From Octopus sinensis (Eukaryota): a stretch of DNA of 64,000 nucleotides. The notes beneath the pieces are model-generated. The model saw nothing but the letters and a program-made list of their open reading frames with translations. It had not been told where the DNA came from and ran no database searches. Of the stretch, positions 38,051 to 51,382 are shown piece by piece (the first letter of the stretch is position 1; every line of letters starts with the position of its first letter). The position numbers and the translations under genes are program-made. The stretch is from assembly GCF_006345805.1 (NCBI RefSeq), contig NC_043011.1, forward strand, positions 57,424,464-57,488,463. The letters run 5' to 3'.

Positions 38051-39634
38051 TTTAGTTGTTACGTGGTCCAAAATCTAGATAAACGGAAGTAACGACTGTT
38101 CAACAATTCGTTATGGCACTGTTTCGTTCCTGCTTCCAGCTCTCCACTTATCTTCCCCAAATCCAATCCTTTTATCCTCTCCGTTAAACTCTTCCTTCCT
38201 CATTCCTTTGAGAAAGATACGTTCGATAATTTGGTATGGATTTACTACATTTAAGGATACAAAAAAAGAAAAGGCGGAATATTCACTGTAGGAATACTAT
38301 GGTGGATATTCCATGGTTTTACTCGATCATGGCTGACCTGGGGTTAAACGACTATGATATCAACTGGAATTAGAGTAACACTGAACATGCTTTTTATGAT
38401 TTTCTGGTCACTTTATTTCCTTTATTTAGTGACATTAATAACCCTAAATCTTGAGCTTTACATAATATGATTGCATCAGCTTTCTCATTGTCCTGTTGAA
38501 ATGCATAGCAGTAATTTATGGATGATGTTACTCGCAGTAAATTCAATTTACCATTTGTTGCTGGCGAGAAAGCTTTGTGCCTTAGTTGAATAAAATAGTC
38601 GACGTTGTATCTCAATGAAAAGACGCGTATAGGTGTTTGTGTTATGGGGAAATCCATTTAACAGAAAACCAAATAATCAAATAATAAAAAAAAGAAGATA
38701 GATATGTTCTTACAATTTACTTTCCTACGCATCGTGTGTGTATGTATGTTTTTATGTATGTATGTGTGCACGTGCGTATGTGTGTGTGTGGAGATGTATA
38801 TATGTATGCATGTGTTAATCTGTGTGTTAACATCTTATATAAACGAGATTTGTGTCAGTGATGAGGAAGCTTGGCAGAGGCTGGGGTTTATTCTTTTTTA
38901 TTAATCCTAGATTGAATCGTTGAAGTGATGCGCCGTTTTGGGAAATCGCTTCTAAGTAAATAGCAAACCAAATTGGCAGCGAGAAAGTGTTTCTATAAGA
39001 CATAAGACATAATGTCATAAGAGGAAGAATAACAACAAAGAAAAATTCTTTACTATGGTTCTACGATTATTTAAAAATTGCATCAATCCGCCAAACACAG
39101 AGATTTCATAATTTTATATTACATTAATACTTGTAACATGCTGAGGAAAACTGATTGTACAGGTGACTCGATTACTGGGTCAAAAGCTAACGGATTACCA
39201 GGTCACGAGTTGTTCAGGTCTGCAGCTCGTGTTTCTTTGTCACTAGCGACACATTTTATCCCCGTTCCACGTTGCTTCTTTTCAGTTAGCTGCGGAAAAG
39301 AAGTTCATCCATCGTTTAGGAAACGGTGCATTCCATGCTGAAATGAAGCTTCAAATTATTTTGCTTTACTTATATTAACAACTACGTTTGTTGTGTTGTT
39401 GTTGTTGCTGCTGCTGAATCACAAACAAACTTGTTCGAGTAGACCTTTGAGATCAAAAGCATCTGAGTGATGATTACTCAACCATTCTGGGCACCAGAGA
39501 CATCAATGCACAATTTCACCGTCTTCTTTATTACATCACGATAAATGTGAAGAAGCAGCAAATACTATACATGTCTATGTGGAGTGTGTGCCTGCGTATG
39601 AGTGCGCGCGCGAGTGTCACTTTTGCTTCTTCAA

Positions 39635-39707
<73 letters not shown>

Positions 39708-39762
39708 CTCATTTGAGCATTAACCGAGGAGTTTTCTAATTAAATCCAGAATTACAAGCCTT

Positions 39763-39809
<47 letters not shown>

Positions 39810-40779
39810 TTAAATTTAAAATAACCAGGGTGAAAAATTGAATATTAATTTTATTAATATCAATTTAAAATCAGTGGTCAAGCATATAGAAACATTTAAA
39901 GATTCAGAAAAATTATATTACATACATATAAGAGGGATGACCACTAACTGGACATCCATTATGTTAGAAGTCGACTCCCTATGGTCTTACCATTAAGAAA
40001 GGAATGTTCTCAAGGAAATTTAGCGAACGCCAGAACGTAAGCGAGCAAGACAAATAAAAAGATACAAAATATACAGAATAATCACAAACCCGATTTCGTT
40101 GTTACCACTTACATAATTACTTACGTAGATGTCCGCAACTCGTCAGTGTGATCGTCATAGCAAAATATAATTTGAAGAACTATACAACCTCGTGTATAGT
40201 TCTTGAAAACATTCCTTTCTTCGGCGTGAGTTTTCTTTTATTTCATTCTGGTATAAGCGCAAGCGTATATTCGCATACTTGTTTTTTCTACGTTTAAGCA
40301 GATCTTTCCCTAGGATTCAACATTAAGTTTCTTACTCCTAACACCTGTATGTTCTGGAAATGTAATTTTGCCAAACAAAATGCACTTCATATTCAAGGCT
40401 CTGATGAAGCTATGGGATGCTACCCATCGCCTCACAATCGGTTTTAGTTTGTTTGTGTCCAGTTCGGCAAAAAAGACCGCTAAAATAAATATCAAGCTCC
40501 AAAGATTAAATACAGGGGAAGAGATGTTCGCCTAAACCCTTCCATGTTGTGTCCCAGCATAGCCGCAGCCCAAAGAAAACAAATAAAGGTAAAAAATATT
40601 ACACAGAACCAAATAGTGTAAAAGTGCCCTAAAGAGGAAAGAGTGGAATGCCATATAAGGAGTAATAAGTTGATATCCAATGGTAGGGTCGGCCTATGAC
40701 ACATCAGTCCAGAAGTTCCTTCTTGCTTGTTATTTAGGCAGCTTCACCAATCATCGCAGGTTTGCAAAATCCGTTGCGA

Positions 40780-40940
40780 CTTCATCATATCACTCATTTT
40801 TCGCTAGCTGAGTGAACTAGAGCATCTTGAAATGAAATGGTTTTGCTCACAATTCGGACGCATCCCTCGGTCCAGGAATCGAAACTACAATCTCATGATC
40901 ATCAGTCCAACAATCAAACCACTAAGCTACCAGCCACCAC
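40780..40940 (-). mobile_element. tRNA-derived SINE family D (CORE-like), degenerate
   Basis: Reversed head CCAGGAATCGAAAC...AACCACTAAGC, plus GCTGAGTGAACTAGAGCA...GAAATGAAATGGTTTTGCTCA. Confidence 0.65.
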
Positions 40941-42073
40941 ACAGCAGGTGTACTGCTGGTAAATTTCAGGAAGCCTGAGATTCTTGAACGATGCAGTATT
41001 CTGACAGCTAACAACCAACGCCGGTTGTTTAATCCTTGCTTCGACTATTCCGAGCATGAAGAAATGTTTCCGAATGACATGGGTGCTATGCTGCCTTTTG
41101 TTTTATAATTTATTAAGACTATTGAAAGTAGAGATAGTGCCAATATCATTTGAACTCTAAATATAGATATTAAAAATTAAATGCTACGAGACCTTTAGGC
41201 TGTCTCTGAATTGTTTCAGACAGACGGTCGCCATCATAGAATAATAAATACCAATATTAACTGTATGACACAAATCTGCAGACAAAGACAATCGTACATT
41301 TCTTTTCTTGCAGTTAGTGTTTTTAATTATTTAAAGTTGACAGCTATATTATCATTAATTATATATGTGCTAACAAATTATATGAAAAAGAAACGGATAG
41401 ACTAATTAATTCCATCAATGTTGCTTCTTTTACATGAAATAAACAACAAAAATGAAACAAAAGTAAAAAAAAAAAAAAACATGGAAGAAGAAAAACGATT
41501 TCCCATCCTCTGATTGGATCAAACTTTAACGAAATATTAAAACTGATTGCTTTTATCATTATTTTTCCATTCTTTATTCAATATATTTCACACATCGATT
41601 ATAACTTCAATTAGCATTACAGATTACCTCTTAACTGAACTTTCGGGAGATCAACGGTTGCCAAGAGCAACCCCCGCAAAACAGCACAAAGCAACTCGTG
41701 TTTCTTGGCGAAATTCTTCGCTTTTCGTGAAGAGAAACATGCTTTTATGCAGGCGGCGAACTTTTATTATTGATTCTGTCAAAAAGGACGGTCCATTGTC
41801 AGATATTCTCGTGAATCCAAGAACGTCTGCAACACATGTGATGTACTTCAATTAACAAAAGAAACTGGCAGAACATTATTAAGCACATACGATCCGGTTT
41901 TTGCCGCCGCCAGAACAAAGTGCGGCCTACGAGCATTACACACATATCTAATATTTGATGTCGGATTTAAACGCCTTCGTATTGGCTAGCGTAGGACGAA
42001 ATGGGTTCTTTAACTTTTTTCTCCGGAGAAATAGTGTATAGAAATAAAATAATCTGAGATTTTGTTGCATAGG

Positions 42074-42134
<61 letters not shown>

Positions 42135-42367
42135 GTGTGTGTGTGTGTGTGTGTGTTTATGTTGATATGTTTTTACATATGTGAAAAATTTACAAAGAGA
42201 ATAAGAACACACAAGTAAAGATATTATATATATATATATATATATATACAACATGTGCAACGATTAAAACCGGCACATTTTTTGAGTGGATATATATATA
42301 TATATTCAACTTCTGCAACGATTTTTTTGTCTTATCATTTTTTCCCTCTATTACTTTTCCTCATTCC

Positions 42368-42402
42368 TTTCTGTAGAAGAGCGTAGGCTCGAAACGTCAA
42401 AA
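42368..42402 (+). ncRNA. Hammerhead-like motif of a second family (core variant)
   Basis: TTT-CTGTAGA-A-GAGC-GTAG-GCTC-GAAAC-GTC-AAA: stem II GAGC/GCTC, GUC cleavage triplet, weak stem I, and A6 replaced by U. Confidence 0.45.
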
Positions 42403-42427
42403 ACTGTTTCATTTTTCCTGAGCGTCA

Positions 42428-42459
<32 letters not shown>

Positions 42460-43154
42460 GCATATTTCTATGCGTGCATAGTGATATGAGCGTGTGTGTC
42501 AATTTGTGTAGGAATGTGTATACACTCTTCATACGTAATCTGACGAAACTACATTTTCATGCCGAAGCAGTTGTCGAACAAGTTTAACAAGTGACATTGT
42601 AGGAAAATCTCGAATCTTGTGAGAATAGTTTTTATGCAAAAGTTGTGTGAATAATGAAGATTGACTTTATATCTAATATGGAAGGTGTTATAGATTAATT
42701 AGCGCTGGTACATATTAATTATTATTCATTGTGTTATAGATCAATAACTGTAATAAACAGAATATTTTTTTGTAACATCTGTAATACGTATCTCTTTCAC
42801 TCCAAGCTGCTTATAGTTTCTCTAAAAGAAAAATGGCTACCTTAGCATATGAATATTATTTGAATAGATTTCAAATTTTTATAGTCAACACTGCCATTAT
42901 ATTCTGTCAATTTGTTACCATAATTTCGATTCCAGACACTTATATTACATTAATATTTTCCATTCGATATAGCGGACAGCGCCCGAATAACCAAATCTCT
43001 ATATTTATACTGTTTGTTGCTCTGTTAGTACGTAATTGCTATCATATTAATCTTGAAAGCATATAAAATAGAGTCCTTCTACGTGCTTGTACATAAATAC
43101 AAACATACACACATACATACATACATACGTACATAATACATACATACATACATT

Positions 43155-43950
43155 GAACATATATCAACTGAAGACCATGCATGGATATGTTAGTAGGAAG
43201 GTCAGAGATGATAGTAACGCCAGAGCAGTCTATCATGGATCAATAACCGGATTACTATCTCCCACTTTGAAGGATATGCGTTTGCAACCCAGGAACAGGA
43301 AATATAAACCTAATACCTGATGCACACAAGGGACAGAGGTGCAGGTAAAGCAGTAAAATGTGACAACCGATGCAGATTTTGTGGAGTTAACACCGAAGAA
43401 ATGTTTCATCTACATCATAAGCAGTTGCCCAAAAATTTCATCACGGTGATATCTACCGATGAGACATGGTGTTGTAGCTAGGACACCCTACAATGAAATC
43501 CGTGGGAAATATAATCCCGACAAAGAAGTAAGAACCCACATATGGTAGAAGCGATAGCCATTCATAATAAAACTGGGTACTGGTGCAATATCCCAGTGAA
43601 GACCTCAATAAAATGTAAGCACAAAAGACCTGATATGATGATTTGGGTTAGAGAAGAGAAACTGTGCACAGTTGTGGAATTTAGCTGCTCAGCGGATGTT
43701 AACATAAAGCTGAAGATCAGTGAAAAAGAGAATACATACGCTGAACTATTGAGAAATTTGCACTTACTCTATCTGTAATTACTGGGGCCCTGGGATATGT
43801 AACACACTGCCTAAATATCAATCTTGAGAAATTAGGCTTCCCAAAACCAGAAAGAAGAAGGCTGAGTCGAAGATTACAAATCCAATCCATCACAGGAACT
43901 GTAAAAATGTGTAAAACTTTTCTGAAGTTAATCACTTAAATATATAGGAT
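43155..43950 (+). mobile_element. 3' fragment of a second RLE-type non-LTR retrotransposon
   Basis: Fragments read KTMHGY, CRFCGVNTEEMFH, KHKRPDMMIW...VVEFSC...EKENTYAEL and ITGALGYV...QSITGTVKMCKTFL. It diverges from the 14.8-kb element. Confidence 0.8.
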
Positions 43951-43958
43951 CAAACATA

Positions 43959-44851
43959 ATTTACGTTCGACGGATATTTGTCCTCATCTTGTTTGTTGTT
44001 AACACAACGTTTGGGCTGATATACACTTCAGCCTTCTTCAGGTATCTTGGGGAAATTTCGAACCTGGGGTCTCATTCCTCAGGTATTTTTCGATGTTAAG
44101 CCAAACTTTATTGGACGATACCTCAACTTCAATTCCCACCACCCATACAGTGTAAAGAGAGGAATTGCTCAGTGCCTAAAACATCGTGCAAAGAATATAA
44201 GTAGCGATCGTGATACACATCACGAAGTAATGATCAAGCTCAATAACGATCTGTTAAGCAACAACAACCCCAAAAGTATACTCCACTTATGAAAAAGAGA
44301 GAGGATGAGGCCAAAATCTCTCCACAGTCTGTCTACCCTATGTGAAGGGCCTTTCCGAAAAGATACATATGACATCAGGACAGTATTCAAGAGTAATACA
44401 ACACTTCGCAAATATCTCCTTCGAGTAAAACCACCAATTGAAGAGAATATGGCCAAAGATTGCGTGTACTCCATCCCATGCAGCTGTGGAAGGTTATAAA
44501 AAGGCGAAACATGTCGCCCCCTCAAAATAAGGGTAGACGAACATTGCAAAGCTGTGACACGGGGAGATATTGATAAATCGGGTATAGCTGATCATGTATG
44601 GAAAAATGGAGATCACCTCCCCCTGTGGGATGAAGTTAAAAAATTAACAGAGAACACCACTGGAAAATACGAAAACCAAATGAAGCAGCACATATGCTGC
44701 AGACCGAGCGCAGATATGAGCAGCATATGGGAAGCGGTATTAAGGAAGGTTAGAAAAATATTAGATTTATAAGTCTTAAAATTCACTCCATAATTGCCAC
44801 GGGCTACTAACCCCAACATTCCGAGTTCGATTCCAAGCAGTGTCTTGAACA

Positions 44852-44880
<29 letters not shown>
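43959..44880 (+). mobile_element. 5'-truncated Penelope-like element with an inverted terminal-repeat segment at the 5' end
   Basis: Inverted hammerhead-bearing segment at 43959-44097, coding remnant at 44098-44770, then the start of the terminal repeat (tRNA-like, 44800-44850) and an AAT/GAT tract. Confidence 0.9.
44098..44772 (+). pseudogene. Penelope RT thumb plus GIY-YIG endonuclease remnant
   Basis: Fragments read KPNFIGRYLNFNSHHPYSVKRGI, VFKSNTTLRKYLLRVK, CVYSIPCSCGRL*KGETCRPLKIRVDEH and KSGIADHVWKNGDH (CCHH pattern), with stops and frameshifts. Confidence 0.9.
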
Positions 44881-44916
<36 letters not shown>

Positions 44917-44969
44917 ATTAACTGACTTTTCTTACAGGTCTGTACAGGTCTTTTCTTACAGGTCTGTAT

Positions 44970-45395
44970 AGGCGCAGGAGTGGCTGTGTGGTAAGTAGCT
45001 TGCTAACCAACCATATGGTTCCGGGTTCAGTCCCACTGCGTGGCATCTTGGGCAAGTGTCTTCTGCTATAGCCCCGGGCCGACCAATGCCTTGTGAGTGG
45101 ATTTGGTAGACGGAAACTGAAAGAAGCCTGTCGTATATATGTATATATATATGTGTGTGTGTATGTGTGTGTGTGTGCGTGTTTTTGTGTCTGTGTTTGT
45201 CTCCCTAGCATTGCTTGACAACCGATGCTGGTGTGTTTACGTCCCCGTCACCTAGCGGTTAGGCAAAAGAGACCGATAGAATAGGTACTGGGCTTACAAA
45301 AGAATAAGTCCCGGGGTCGAGTTGCTCGATTAAAGGCGGTGCTCTAGCATGGCCGCAGTCAAATGACTGAAACAAATAAAAGAGAGAGAAAAGAG
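44970..45395 (+). mobile_element. SINE family B, full length
   Basis: Near-identical to the 30062 copy outside the internal microsatellite. Confidence 0.92.
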
Positions 45396-45754
45396 ATATG
45401 TGTGTGGGCGAGTGAGTATACCTGTAAGCCTGGCATTAATGTGTGCATGTGTAGTGTGCGCATGTGTGAATGTGCGTGTATTTGTGATTGCTACTTGAGT
45501 GTATCAGTGTGTATGGAGATGTTGTGTTCGTCATACTGGACAAATGTGTTCGGGTGAAATGGAAGCGGCAGTAGTATGTGTAGGAGTTGTGAAGTGTAGG
45601 AGTGTATGTGTGTGTGTGTGTGTGGGGGGGGTGCGATAGAACTGTTGTGTGCCAGCGTGTAGACAATGTATATGAGTATGGACATGTATGGCAGCAAATT
45701 GTTGCGGATGCTGTCTGAACGTTGTAGCAGATATGCAACTAAAACATTCTGCAT

Positions 45755-45787
<33 letters not shown>

Positions 45788-45877
45788 TTGTGTATGTGTA
45801 TTATGAATGCATATATATAAGTACTATAAATGTGTACATGCATGTGTATACACACGCACATATATATATATTGACTG

Positions 45878-45908
<31 letters not shown>

Positions 45909-45909
45909 G

Positions 45910-45954
<45 letters not shown>

Positions 45955-46052
45955 TATGACTATATATATACATATATATGCATTATGAATGCGTATATGT
46001 ATACATATATTTAATATGAATGTCTATATGTATATGTGTAAATGTGTGTGTC

Positions 46053-46126
<74 letters not shown>

Positions 46127-46155
46127 CACGTTTATAAATATGGTATTAAAATGTG

Positions 46156-46193
<38 letters not shown>

Positions 46194-46400
46194 TATACAT
46201 GCATACCTACATACATACATGCATGCAGATAGATGCGTGTGGAACAAATTTAATTAAATTAGTACAGGCGAATTAGTTTGTTCGTCTGCCTCGGTTCGAA
46301 TGTTATGTTCAAATTCAACTGTCGTTTTGTATATTTCTATTGATTGGGACATCTTCAGTCGAAAATAATTCGTTTCCTCCAACATTATACAATTTGTTGG

Positions 46401-46401
<1 letters not shown>

Positions 46402-46431
<30 letters not shown>

Positions 46432-46570
46432 CTTCTTCTTCTTCTTCTTCTTCTTCTTCTTCTTCTTCTTCTTCTTCTTCTTCTTCTTCTTCTTCTTCTT
46501 CTTCTTCTTCTTCTTCTTCTTCTTCTTCTTCTTCTTCTTCTTCTTCTTCTTCTTCTTCTTCTTCTTCTTC
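46402..46570. repeat. Long perfect (CTT)n, about 56 units
   Basis: Read directly from the sequence. Confidence 0.97.
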
Positions 46571-47251
46571 TAGTTTTTGATGCACTTAATAACTATCTCT
46601 GGTAAAAATTTAAAGACTTATCACATGACACACACATAATACACACAGACACACACACGTATGTTTTAATAATGATATGATTGGTAAAAATGGCGCACAA
46701 GATAATACCGGTGGCGGTGACGGTGGTGACGATGAAAGCTGATTTCCTTTGAATAATGAAAGCAATAGCATAGTCGGAATATTTATGGCGCTTGACATCT
46801 CTTGTACTACTACTACTACTACTACTACTACTGATCATGATACGTTAGAATCTTAGACTCACCTTTTATTTTATATTTACATAAATCCCAATGCATTGTG
46901 AGTGAAATTCGGAGAAGATAAGTCTGTAAAAGCACGTTATACATCTACAACGTATACATGCCTGCAGTAATATAGATTCTACGCATTTTACAATACAATT
47001 GTATCTTCTGGAATCAATGCAGATAAAGAAAGCTAGCTCATCAGATTATCAGAAAATCCTATCTACACCAACGATTCAACTCTGCTAAACGGCGGTAACC
47101 CCCTAGGGATTGTTAAATATATGTACTTATCAAATATATATATATATATATCTATGAAAGAGATATATATATTCACCGAATATTATATACGCATGAAAAA
47201 GTTTTGTCGATCATGTCTCTGGGGTCTCAGGTACACAACAGTTCTGTGTGG

Positions 47252-47282
<31 letters not shown>

Positions 47283-47664
47283 TGTGTGTTTGTGTGTGAG
47301 TGTGTGAGTGTGCTCGTGAATCGAGTAAGACATCACTGAAAGAGTTCTTACAGATCGGCACGAAACTAGTAAAATACCAACAACACACGAACGTTGCAGG
47401 GAGTATGGAGCTGACTGTTTAAAATTACTAGAAGACATTTAGAGAGTGTCTACGTGTTATATACCCAGAGATGAATCTTAAGCAGAAAAAGTACACTGAT
47501 ATATGCACACACACACACACACGCACACACTGCTGGACCTCTGCTTTTCTTGATCCTGAGGTTTGGGCACAAGTAAATTTTCTGAGTGCTCTACTGGGCG
47601 CATTGCTGATTACAAATTTGGGTAAACAATGTGTGTATTTCTATTTCTTTGCTGTAAATTCATG

Positions 47665-48136
47665 GTGACAGAAATAACAATCATTAGAGTGATCTTTCTG
47701 CTCACGCCAAATCATTGGCACACCAAACTTCACGTGAACATATTTTTTCTGCAAACCAAGCACTCAATGTCTTCACACATGTAAGGCGACCCACATGAGG
47801 AGCCCATGACTTATCCTGGTCTCCTAAGTAACAATCGAAGTAGGTCTTGTATATTTTCTTGATATGGCGTGTAATACTGCGCTTTTCTTTCGCAAAAGTC
47901 AATTCCCCACAGATATAAGAGAATCTGTTTGGCTCATTTTTGCACTGTCTTGCACTCATTGTTGAAAACAAATAAGATCTGAAAGATAAAAAAAATAACA
48001 TTAAACACAAGCTTTGAATCACATTGTAGGGCTAGAGACTAATCACTAAGATTAGTCTCTAGCCCTGGGATGAAACCCATTTTACAATGCGGTAGAGAAT
48101 TTTATTTAATAATAATGACAAAAAGGGTATACAGTG
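47665..48136 (-). mobile_element. Chapaev3-type (CMC) transposon, 5' end and N-terminal coding fragment
   Basis: MSARQCKNEPNRFSYICG...YFDCYLGDQDKSWAPHV, and in another frame GVPMIWREQKDHSNDCYFC. A putative terminus CACTGTATAC lies at 48136. Confidence 0.75.
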
Positions 48137-49035
48137 ATAATTCTTTAAAAACCATGCCCAATTCAACAAAAAGAAGGCCAGAAATGAATTTCCCATGTCA
48201 TTTTGCATGTAAAATTGCCACAGATCTCTTGCACGCTTTTAAGTGTTGTACAGTGTTTGTTGTTAGTGTTATTATTACTTACCCCTTCTGTAATGAAATG
48301 CTTTTCATCCAACATGATATCCTATATTTCAGCAGCCATATTCAAGGGGGAAACACCCAAACCATTAAATGCATTCAAACTCCGCATATAGTATCCGGTG
48401 TGACGTCTTAGATAGTTTTCGGGAAAAAAGTGCGTTTTATACATGGTAAATATACAGCAGTGTTTTCAGCAGTGTATCTAGAACTAGAACAGCCAGTGTC
48501 GGGCGTTATAATTCAGTGTTTGTTCAAAGATGGAAGAACACTATGTACGATCTCCTTTAATAACCCCATATTTGGCATGGGGAACAAATCAGAAAAGCTG
48601 CCCTCAGATCGGTGAAGTGTAACCTTTCCAAGAGTAGGACTTCTAGTAGAACACCCAACGTAATTTTGGACAATTTTCTCAGTTCTCCAAGAACTGAATC
48701 AGTCACTCTGGAGGTCTTCTCCAAAAGTGTCCGTCTACCAAAATTCCCTTGCAAGAATTTATTCGAATGGAAAAATTGTACGAATATGGTTGTGGTATGG
48801 AACTCGGAGAGGGTATGATCCGAAGGAGGCATGACTGTTATTTCTAGCAGACAATTAGTTCATGTATGCTTTCGTTATTGATTATTCTCAAATTAAACAA
48901 ACTTATGTAAAATCATCTCGCTATGAATATTTCATTTTTATATTTTCCGGCGTCGTATAACTAGAATTAAACAATATATTTTAATGATAAAGAAAAGATT
49001 CGTTCTAGCCATTTGAAAACATCCAGCAACTTTTA

Positions 49036-49202
49036 AATTCAGTTCTGTATTTAGGAGATGAGGAATTATGTACATTATTTACATTATTTACATTTGACAG
49101 ATATTTGTCCTCCTCTTGTTTCGGCTGATATACCCTCCAGCCTTCATCAGTTGTCTTGGGGAAATTTCGAACCTGGGTTCTCATTCCTAAGGTATTTTTC
49201 GA

Positions 49203-49239
<37 letters not shown>

Positions 49240-49245
49240 GTTATT
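49036..49245 (-). mobile_element. Solo fragment of the Penelope terminal repeat; hammerhead has lost its cleavage site
   Basis: Same sequence as the 29-kb arms but with an 18-nt deletion after GAAAC, followed by (TTA)n. Confidence 0.85.
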
Positions 49246-50349
49246 TTAAATTTACTGTTTGCTCAATTTTGAGGGTGTCACAGTTTTCGCGGCACCACTC
49301 TGACTTTTCATTTACATGGTTTCAATGGACGTCTGCAGAATTTGACAGATATTTTGTGTGAATTTAGTTGGCAAATTTAGGTCTTCCACGAGAGAATTCT
49401 TTCAGCTTCAGCAAAAAGACCAAAAATTTGCTAAGCAAGAACAAACCTGAAAGCCCCAGAGACTTACATTCTAAATTTTCAAGACGACTGTTTCAAAATG
49501 ATGTTTCGTATGTGAAAGAAATAGCAGCTGGGATGGAACCAACGACGAGCGACCACATAGACTGAGCACAGGGGAGGGTCATATCATGTGTGTATAGAGT
49601 ACATAATGTCGTTTAGAGATACAAGGAGGAACGGACGACAGCAGTCAGAACCATTATCCGTTGTTGCAGTTGCTGGTGTTGTTTTTGTCGTTGTAGTAGT
49701 AGTAGTAGTACTTGTTGTTGTTGTTGTTGTTCTTCTTCTTCTTCTTCTTCTTCTTCTTCACTTATCCCCTCTTCTTTATTTTCATCATCATCACCATCTA
49801 AGCCACCACCACAGAGGTCACCACCACCACCACCACCATACAAGTAGCAGCAACAGCACCATCACCATCACCACTACCACCATCATTATTATCACCACCG
49901 CCATCTCCCCCACCTACTCGTTCTCCTTCCTCTCCCACCGCTGCTGCTGCTGCTGGTACCATATGGTGACATAGCCTCTTCTATCATTACCTGAAAACCA
50001 TCAGTATTGAATGTCTCTAAAGTACTGCCGGGTATTATGCAATGTTCACATATCTCTACCTTACGAGCTCCATGGCAAATAATCAGCTTCCTGTCACAGA
50101 TACCAGCTAACACCTTTCTTAGAGTGAAATATTGAGAGAAATGGAAACGGTGGATGTTTCCTGTAGCAAGATAAACGCAGAGCGGAGATATTGTTTAATG
50201 GGCAAAAAAGAGACATTGCGATGTAATGAACGCCAGAAGAAGAGTTGCAGAAAGTGTTCCTATTTACATTAGAAATTATTACATTTAGAAGAGGAATAAT
50301 GGTAGTTAGAGTGCTACAAATATCTGCTATAATATATATAATATATATA

Positions 50350-50414
<65 letters not shown>

Positions 50415-51340
50415 TATTTTATATGTACATATATATTGTGTTATATAATATATACATGGTGTATGTATATATATATATATGTATGAATATGTATTCATGC
50501 ACGCATGTATGTATGAATGTATGTATGTATACATGAATGTATGTACGGTATATATATATATATATATATATATGCATATGTATGAATACATGTATATGTA
50601 CGTGTATATATATATATATATATTTATATACGCATTTATATAAATATGTACATACACTAAACTGAATATATACATAAATATATAAGTATATATATATGTG
50701 TATATATATATGTAGTTGTATATATATATAAATGAAGACACGCAGAGAGGGAAGAAAGAGAGAAAGAAGCAGAGACGAAAGAAAAGCTGGGGCGGGGGAG
50801 AGAGAGAGGGAGGGAGAGAGTGTGACAGGAGTATTATATTTGGAGTAATAACGACTACACCCAAACGCTTACCCACTCACACATACCATTTTACACATAC
50901 ATACAGAATTAAATATTCGTACACAACACAGTGAAAATGCAACAGTTTATAATAACATAACCACACACACACACACACACACATGCATGCGACTAGAATC
51001 ATTTGGAAACAGATTTACTCTTACACAGAAAAGACAGATAACAACGTGTGTATGCATATATATATATACACGTGTGTGTGTGTATGATGTGTGTCATAAT
51101 AGCAAATGGGTAATAAGTAGATGTAATTAGAAATCGCGATATTACTTTTTCAAATAATAGATTCTCCATTTTAAATTGTCTTCCGCAAATCCATATAACG
51201 CTTTATCGTAATGTTTTAAACTCTGTTTTTATGCTTATTCCCATCTGACTGACTAATTCGCTTTCGTAACTGGCGCCTATCAGTTAAAGTATCTATTAAA
51301 TACATAAATGTATACATACATCATACTATATATATATATA

Positions 51341-51382
<42 letters not shown>

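Noticed and set aside
41657-41671. RFX X-box-like site GTTGCC-AAG-AGCAAC
   Set aside because: It is a single degenerate motif with no identified nearby promoter, and a chance match is plausible in a window this size.
44001-44046. Hammerhead in the inverted Penelope repeat as a functional ribozyme
   Set aside because: G12 is mutated (CAAAC instead of GAAAC) and stem I is weakened, so it is treated as a dead copy. The 49.1-kb copy lacks the cleavage site.
48283-48390. Ankyrin-like string SLNAFNGLGVSPLNMAAE and a 39-nt exon candidate ending GGG|GTAAGT
   Set aside because: There is an in-frame TAG right after the motif, and the acceptor has no polypyrimidine tract.
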